From Takakia lepidozioides (taxonomy: Eukaryota; Plantae; Bryophyta), in assembly GCA_030704615.1 (NCBI GenBank), contig CM060731.1, forward strand, positions 54,126,001 to 54,190,000: a stretch of DNA of 64,000 bases, read 5' to 3'. Position 1 is the first letter of the stretch, and the number at the start of each line of letters is the position of its first letter. The notes below the pieces were generated by a model, which saw only the letters and a list, made by a program, of their open reading frames with translations, was not told the DNA's origin and did no database searches. Shown in pieces: positions 59,301-64,000 of the stretch. The translations under genes and the position numbers were made by a program.

Positions 59301-62179
59301 GCTGAAACAAGCCTTTGCACTGTTGATATAGAAGATGACCACATTTTTTATCATGGAGTCAGCTACAGCTGCCACCATAGACATAAGGTGTATTCTTTTA
59401 CCTGGGCTTAGATGAGCAACTTAAGTTGAAACTATGGTTTTAAATCCAGTGTCTCAAGTCTTTGCTCTAACAGTGGGGGAAGGACAGATTTGCATTGTAG
59501 AAATTTTTTCGCAGATTTACCAAGAGATATCATTGCGAGCACAGAAAAGACTCATACCAGTAGAAAAGGCGGGCAAGAGCAGCACAAAATCACTGATGTC
59601 ATTGAGTGTTCGCTGTGTGGTCTCTGTGGCAAGCTCATCTTCATCAGCACCATTTTCAAAATCATCAATCTCCGCATCCACGTCCACAGATTGTGAGGTC
59701 ACAGACCGCAGGGAGTAGGTTGTGGACTGAGTTAGGAAAAGAGATGGGAGAGTGGAGGCTGCCTTTGGAGGCGGCGGCCGGGTTGGGGCCGGCCCAGAGC
59801 AATCAGGATGTGTTACCAAGAAAAAGACCTCCCCTAAGCCTTTACCAGCCTGCATACAACAACATCGGTCTTTATTTAATGTACTCCAGATAGCTGTGGG
59901 CATTTCATCCTATAGACCATATATTGTCACCCAGCATAAAGGAAATGAAATGAAATGAAATGGTGCTTTATAACGTCCGCGGAAAGCTCATAGAGCTTAT
60001 GGGACAAAATGGAAGAGAACATGAGAGAGGAAAGAAAACCAAAGCCAAGAATAAGAACTATTGTTCTAGTGATTGTCTAAGGGCACTGAAGGCCTTGTGC
60101 AGGTAAGCTGCCAAGCATTTCTGATCCTCATAGTGGAAAGAAAGAATTAAAGGAATATAACGCCTGCAAAAGGCCCAAAGGACTCAAGGGAGAGAAATTG
60201 TATTCATGAGACATGTTTGCCATAGCCTTGTGGCCATAGACCCCACGCCCAGTTTGAGTGGAACAAAAGGGAACAGACACTACCTTTGTGAGGGGCTCAC
60301 TCCAGTAGTGGGACTTACCTTGACATAGACAATCAGTTCAGGCTTTCCAGATATCCTCTAGAAAGCCTTCACACCAGCGTCAACCTTCTGTGTTGAGCTG
60401 CCCAGCAATTAGACCCCAACAGGGCCAGGGCTTTAGGATCAGCCTCAAGATTTTCGAAGTTGGTGAACAGAGGTGCAGGAACAATGATCTGATGTTCCTG
60501 AAGAGGGTCACTATCTGTTCACAGGTAGGCTCCCTGCCCTAAGTTTAAATTTCAGTCTAGTACCGAGGGTAGGTAGGCCCTTCAGATTATCCTTAAGGTC
60601 CTCGCCATGTCACAGACTGGAAACAAATTCAGGAAAGTTTTTGGCCTAACTTCATTTTCATCGGACAGTCTTCAGGCATCCGACATGGCATTAGACACTG
60701 CAATCTGCAGGTCAGCTTCATCTAGCAAGGTCAATTCTTCAGGGCTAATATTCAGATACTTGAAAATCTCTTCTAGCCTTTTCCGCCAGGACTTCGCCTG
60801 TGTAACAGGATGGTCTTGCTTCCAAGAATAAGAGGTTGTTTGCCGTAGCCTGTGGCCATTGACCCGTTGCTCCCAAGAAATAGAGTCCATTGTTTTAGGG
60901 TAGCTAGTAATAGTCATACGATTGGCCCCACCATCTGACCCTGAATTCATCACATCGAGAGCTTCCGGGAGCTGTTCTAGAGCATGCTGACATGCTCTCT
61001 TTGAGCACCGCAACCTGAATGGATTCCTGAGATTGGCAGAGAAAGAGAAAGAGTGAAAGTGACTTGAAAGTGGATGGAATGGGGGGAAATAGAGAGAAGA
61101 TCAAGAAACCCTACACTAGGATCCAGCTGGGCTTGTATCCTGGAGGATCCTTATCCCACAAGGAAGTAATGGAGTTCAACTTCGCAAACCACTGTTCTAC
61201 ACATCTGACTCTGGGTAGTCCTATGGGCTGGTTCAATGTCACTTCACAGGTCAATTTCAAGTGGGTACTTGCCTTGTTCCTGAGAGCATGTTCTGACTCA
61301 GTATTCTACTGAAGATGCCACAGCTCATCATCATTTAAACCTCGAGTATCTTCTTGATATCTTGCCATTCAGAGCTAAGCTTTGTCCCTCAAGCTCATTC
61401 TGTTCACCTACATTTTACAAAGTTGTACACAGGTATGGTGGATCACTCTGCAAAGTTTCCGACTGGATGTGGGTTGACTCGCATTGAAGGCAGCGGTAAG
61501 TTTTGCATCTATGACGTAGTAGGTGATGGTCCGTTTCCCACGCAAAACACAGAGACAAGCAGATCCAATATTAGCTGTCACATACTTCATGAAACCATGA
61601 ACACACCATCGAATAATACCAACATTGATACAGCATTGTTGGCAAGATATCCTTTCAACTTGGAAAAGGAAATGTCCATTTACCGTCGGTGGCAAGTTGA
61701 GATCATCATGATATCGTTTGATTGCCTCTGAAAGCTCCAACACAGCATCTGAATGTGAACCAAATCAGATCAATCTCTATTGAAACCGATAGGCGGTGAT
61801 TAGAGGGGTATTGCCACTTGAAAAACATGGGCGTATACCCTCGACCTACTACATCATGATACTGACCGGAAGAGCCCACATTCTCAGACCAGACAAACTT
61901 CTGCACATCATACATCAAGAAAGATGCTGAGTTTGCAAGAAAGAAACACTTTCGAAGAACATCAATTCAGTCATCTGGGAGGCCTTATCTACTGAACTTA
62001 CTTTTTCGAGCACACTCCAGAATATAGTCAACGCTAACTTGGTCAAGGTCAATGTCATCAAATGAGACTGCCCCTGGGGGCATCACTACTTTCTTCACAA
62101 CACTAGCTGAGAGGAGGAAGTTGAGAAGCTCCCGTCTGTCACACCGAAAGCGCTGCAGTAGTAGCCCATGGCCGCTGAC
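41393..62179 (-). CDS. PATROL1: PATROL1 / Munc13-like (DUF810) protein gene with >20 exons, apparently lesioned
   Basis: Exons include 62179-62002 (LLQRFRCDRR..VVMPPGAV..DQVSVDY), 61748-61684, 59849-59558, 58958-58892, 58339-58229, 54714-54505 (CHWADGYHLN), 54066-53965, 53248-53018, 52286-52206, 51842-51766, 51495-51310, 47578-47420, 46912-46820, 46489-46418, 45779-45662, 45556-45378, 44856-~44754, 44209-44075, ~43799-43694, ~43580-43503, ~42690-42594, ~42219-42124, 41584-41393 (LCHRSERDASKFLKKQYKLPK). Start exon not found. Confidence 0.88.
43030..43250. repeat. ~110-bp tandem duplication ending in LINE-tail-like sequence
   Basis: aagagcatcctccagggattcc...ttgccatagccttac.gccattgacc occurs twice. 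Confidence 0.75.
44249..44610 (-). mobile_element. TRIM non-autonomous LTR retroelement with tRNA-like LTRs, copy 1
   Basis: LTRs 44249-44392 and 44469-44610, TGTTGGA..TCCAACA termini, 76-bp interior with tRNA-iMet PBS and PPT, 5-bp TSD GAGTA. Confidence 0.95.
47805..48362 (-). mobile_element. Cluster of LINE family-2 3' fragments with (CATTT)n tails
   Basis: ORF2 C-terminus FYCPLYYEIRGRFHCLF..QKCLAAYL followed by ..gacgttataaagcaccatttcatttc; further copies near 46015, 54850-55115, 56780-57120, 59940-60135 and 62720-62825. Confidence 0.75.
48804..49167 (+). mobile_element. TRIM with tRNA-like LTRs, copy 2 (364 bp), nested in the LINE
   Basis: 144-bp LTRs 48804-48947 and 49024-49167 (3 differences); PBS TGGTATCAGAGCCA at 48948; PPT GAGGGGGAG ending 49023; TSD CTACC. 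Confidence 0.96.
48855..48926 (+). ncRNA. tRNA-like 72-nt Pol III cassette inside the TRIM LTR (also 49075-49146 and both LTRs of copy 1)
   Basis: GGACGGG TA GCTC AGTGGTA GAGC A CCCCA CYGGAAT GGGGG AGGTC CTAGG TTCAATC CCTAG CCCGACC A; intact A and B boxes. Confidence 0.8.
50608..51245 (-). mobile_element. LINE family-1 3' remnant
   Basis: [20 protein letters not shown]; ends ..cttatgagtaca. Confidence 0.85.
53455..53700 (-). repeat. ~100-bp tandem duplication containing LINE family-1 tail fragments
   Basis: agaagaattcttatgtctgtgggaggctgaagg...tgtactcataggatgttgtttgcc.tagccttctggccattgacccc occurs twice. Confidence 0.75.
55330..56655 (-). mobile_element. Degenerate LINE family-1 RT remnant
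   Basis: GPDGIVNEL, KKGKPGNYRGITLLSAVGK, VARGCTLSPLLFN; many frameshifts. Confidence 0.85.
57280..57748. repeat. ~170-bp tandem duplication; the second unit carries the solo LTR
   Basis: gacgtt.taa.ggtcc.atttttctttctta...cagtcctact...aattggcatcagggcaa...cctatatttgaaagctaact occurs twice. Confidence 0.8.
57506..57631 (+). mobile_element. Solo LTR of the tRNA-TRIM family, A-box region deleted
   Basis: TGTTGGA..TCCAACA termini, TSD CTACT on both sides. Confidence 0.92.
60198..61025 (-). mobile_element. Degenerate LINE family-1 3' remnant
   Basis: SWKQDHPVTQAKSWRKRLEEIFK; 3' tail ..ctcatgaatacaa. Confidence 0.8.
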
Positions 62180-62255
62180 CTGTGAGCATATGCCGAAAGA
62201 CAGCTCTATCACCCGTTTCGAGCTATGGTTCCAAGAGCCCTTACAGAGCACCAAT

Positions 62256-62257
<2 letters not shown>

Positions 62258-62316
<59 letters not shown>
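62258..62316. repeat. (CT)n microsatellite
   Basis: About 29 CT units. Confidence 0.95.
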
Positions 62317-62318
<2 letters not shown>

Positions 62319-63299
62319 CCTCTGAATATGGCTAGCACCACTATTGGACTTAATCCTGTCATGGTGTTGAGAAATTGCTTTTTGAGCTTCTGGTACATTT
62401 CTGTTGGTAAGGAGAATGGTACCTCCACGAAGGTTCGTAGTGAACGAAATGGCGAACTAATCCATGATATCTTGTGCTAGGTCTGGTAGCAGCAGCATGG
62501 AGAATATTTCTACATCATCCAGTCAATGTACATTGCTCTCTTGGCTGGTCCACTGTAGCCAATGCCTTGTGTAAAAATTAGGAAACCTGAAGAGAGAGGC
62601 TTGAGGGTGTTTTTTTTCTCTCTCTCCCTCTCTCTGCCCAATAGGAAGCCTATTGCCATTGGGTGGACTGGACGTCAGAGTAGATAAATGTCTCTGTGAC
62701 TAAATGCCAACCTGGTGACCTCGTGCCTTTGTTTGTTTGTTCCTCTCTCATGTTTTCTTCCACTTTGTCCCATAAGCTCTATGAGCTTTCCGCGGACGTT
62801 TTAAAGCACCATTTCATTTCATTTGTTTTGACCTGAAGCACTCTACTTCAGGTAAGATAGTACATTGGATTTAGTTGGGGAGAACCCGGCCTCTCCCTCT
62901 TTAGAATACGTATCCCCTCCACTTGAAGTAGGCAGTTGCATGCTCTATCTTGCATGCTTAGCACCTGCTCTAGGGATTGCCCTTGTGTTTCAACATCTAG
63001 CCTGCAAAATATGAAATCCTCCGTGAAAAAGCTCTGGATACTGTCCGTACTCCCCAGGGTGATTCTGGGAACTGGTCACTTCTGCCAAAGCTTCATGAGT
63101 AGTTTTTGGGGATGGACGATGTGTCCTTTAAAAGTACTTGCTCAAATCTAGGCTTGAGGATGTCTTCAAAGGCTTTATCTGCTTCAACACAAAGTGTTCT
63201 CTCGGTAGACATGTAGACAACCCACAAAGGGCAGGAGACATGGGAAACTCCAGAGAAGCTACTTAGGGATATCAATGGCTATAAGATGGTTCGGTAAGC

Positions 63300-64000
63300 T
63301 GTGTGTCCTTAAGATGCTGGCTGAGACTGAAATTGAAGTGTGACGTGAGGGCTAAGGACCTCAGCGCAAATGTGAATGCCATTTGCTTGAAGAACTTGTC
63401 CCACTTCAAATCGTTTCCTTTGCTTAGCTAGCCCACAGAAGTTAAAGGTGGAGAGCCGCAGACCAGCTTCTTGCATACGAATTGTCTGACGTCTAGGTGG
63501 CTTTTCAATGCTCCTAGACATCCTGCAATTCTGCATTGGTGGGCCTGTTTCATTGCGTGTGGGCTTTGATCGTCGTTGTAGACTTTGAGGATTGGCATGG
63601 CATTGAGCATGCCATATCCTTCATTCACTAGTTGATCCATCCTTGCATGCGTAGGCATGTCTGACTCTTCTAGGGCAACCTCTTCCAGCGCTTCAAACAG
63701 ATTGGAAACTTTCAGTTTAAAGTCCCCATCTTTGACTGTCTTCCTCGAGTGCCTCATTGAGTCACCAATGTCTAGGATCACTCTCCAACCAGTCAAGAGT
63801 CGAACTTCTCTGAGATTAATTTGAAGTGAATCCCTACTTGCAGCATTCTTAGACATTGTCACCTTCAATGCACCTCTGATACCAAGTTTCCAGACGATGT
63901 CATCAGCCACAGGACTCTCAGCAAAGTTCCTCACCAAAGGCCATGTGGTCTTGTTAGGTGACTTCAATGCCCAGGTGGGCAAGGGTCTACAACAGGACCA
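63300..64000. mobile_element. LINE AP-endonuclease relics
   Basis: Minus strand LSTFNFCGLAK..IHICAE (endonuclease start); plus strand ~63938-63985 GHVVLLGDFNAQVGK. Confidence 0.55.

Overview
Nuclear DNA of a land plant with GT-AG introns; gene style suggests a seed-free plant, probably bryophyte-like (inference). Left third (1-20.4 kb): cluster of PLS-class PPR RNA-editing factor genes, namely a truncated relic, a disrupted DYW gene (A), an intact intronless DYW gene (B) and a very long intron-containing DYW gene (C). All three DYW genes carry N-terminal repeats of the WWDNR..K..P..PDFKHK..LW motif, which matches the ssDNA-binding PDF motif of OSB proteins, an unusual fusion. Middle: a 20-exon phage-type organellar RNA polymerase (RpoT), an intronless class-IV aminotransferase-like gene, 60S ribosomal protein L29 and two tRNA-derived SINE-like copies. 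Right third: a ~21 kb PATROL1/Munc13-like gene with apparent lesions. Its introns hold two LINE families and three copies of a ~364-bp TRIM retroelement whose LTRs contain a 72-nt tRNA cloverleaf, a tRNA analogue of the 5S-carrying Cassandra elements. All coordinates were read by eye and no searches were run.
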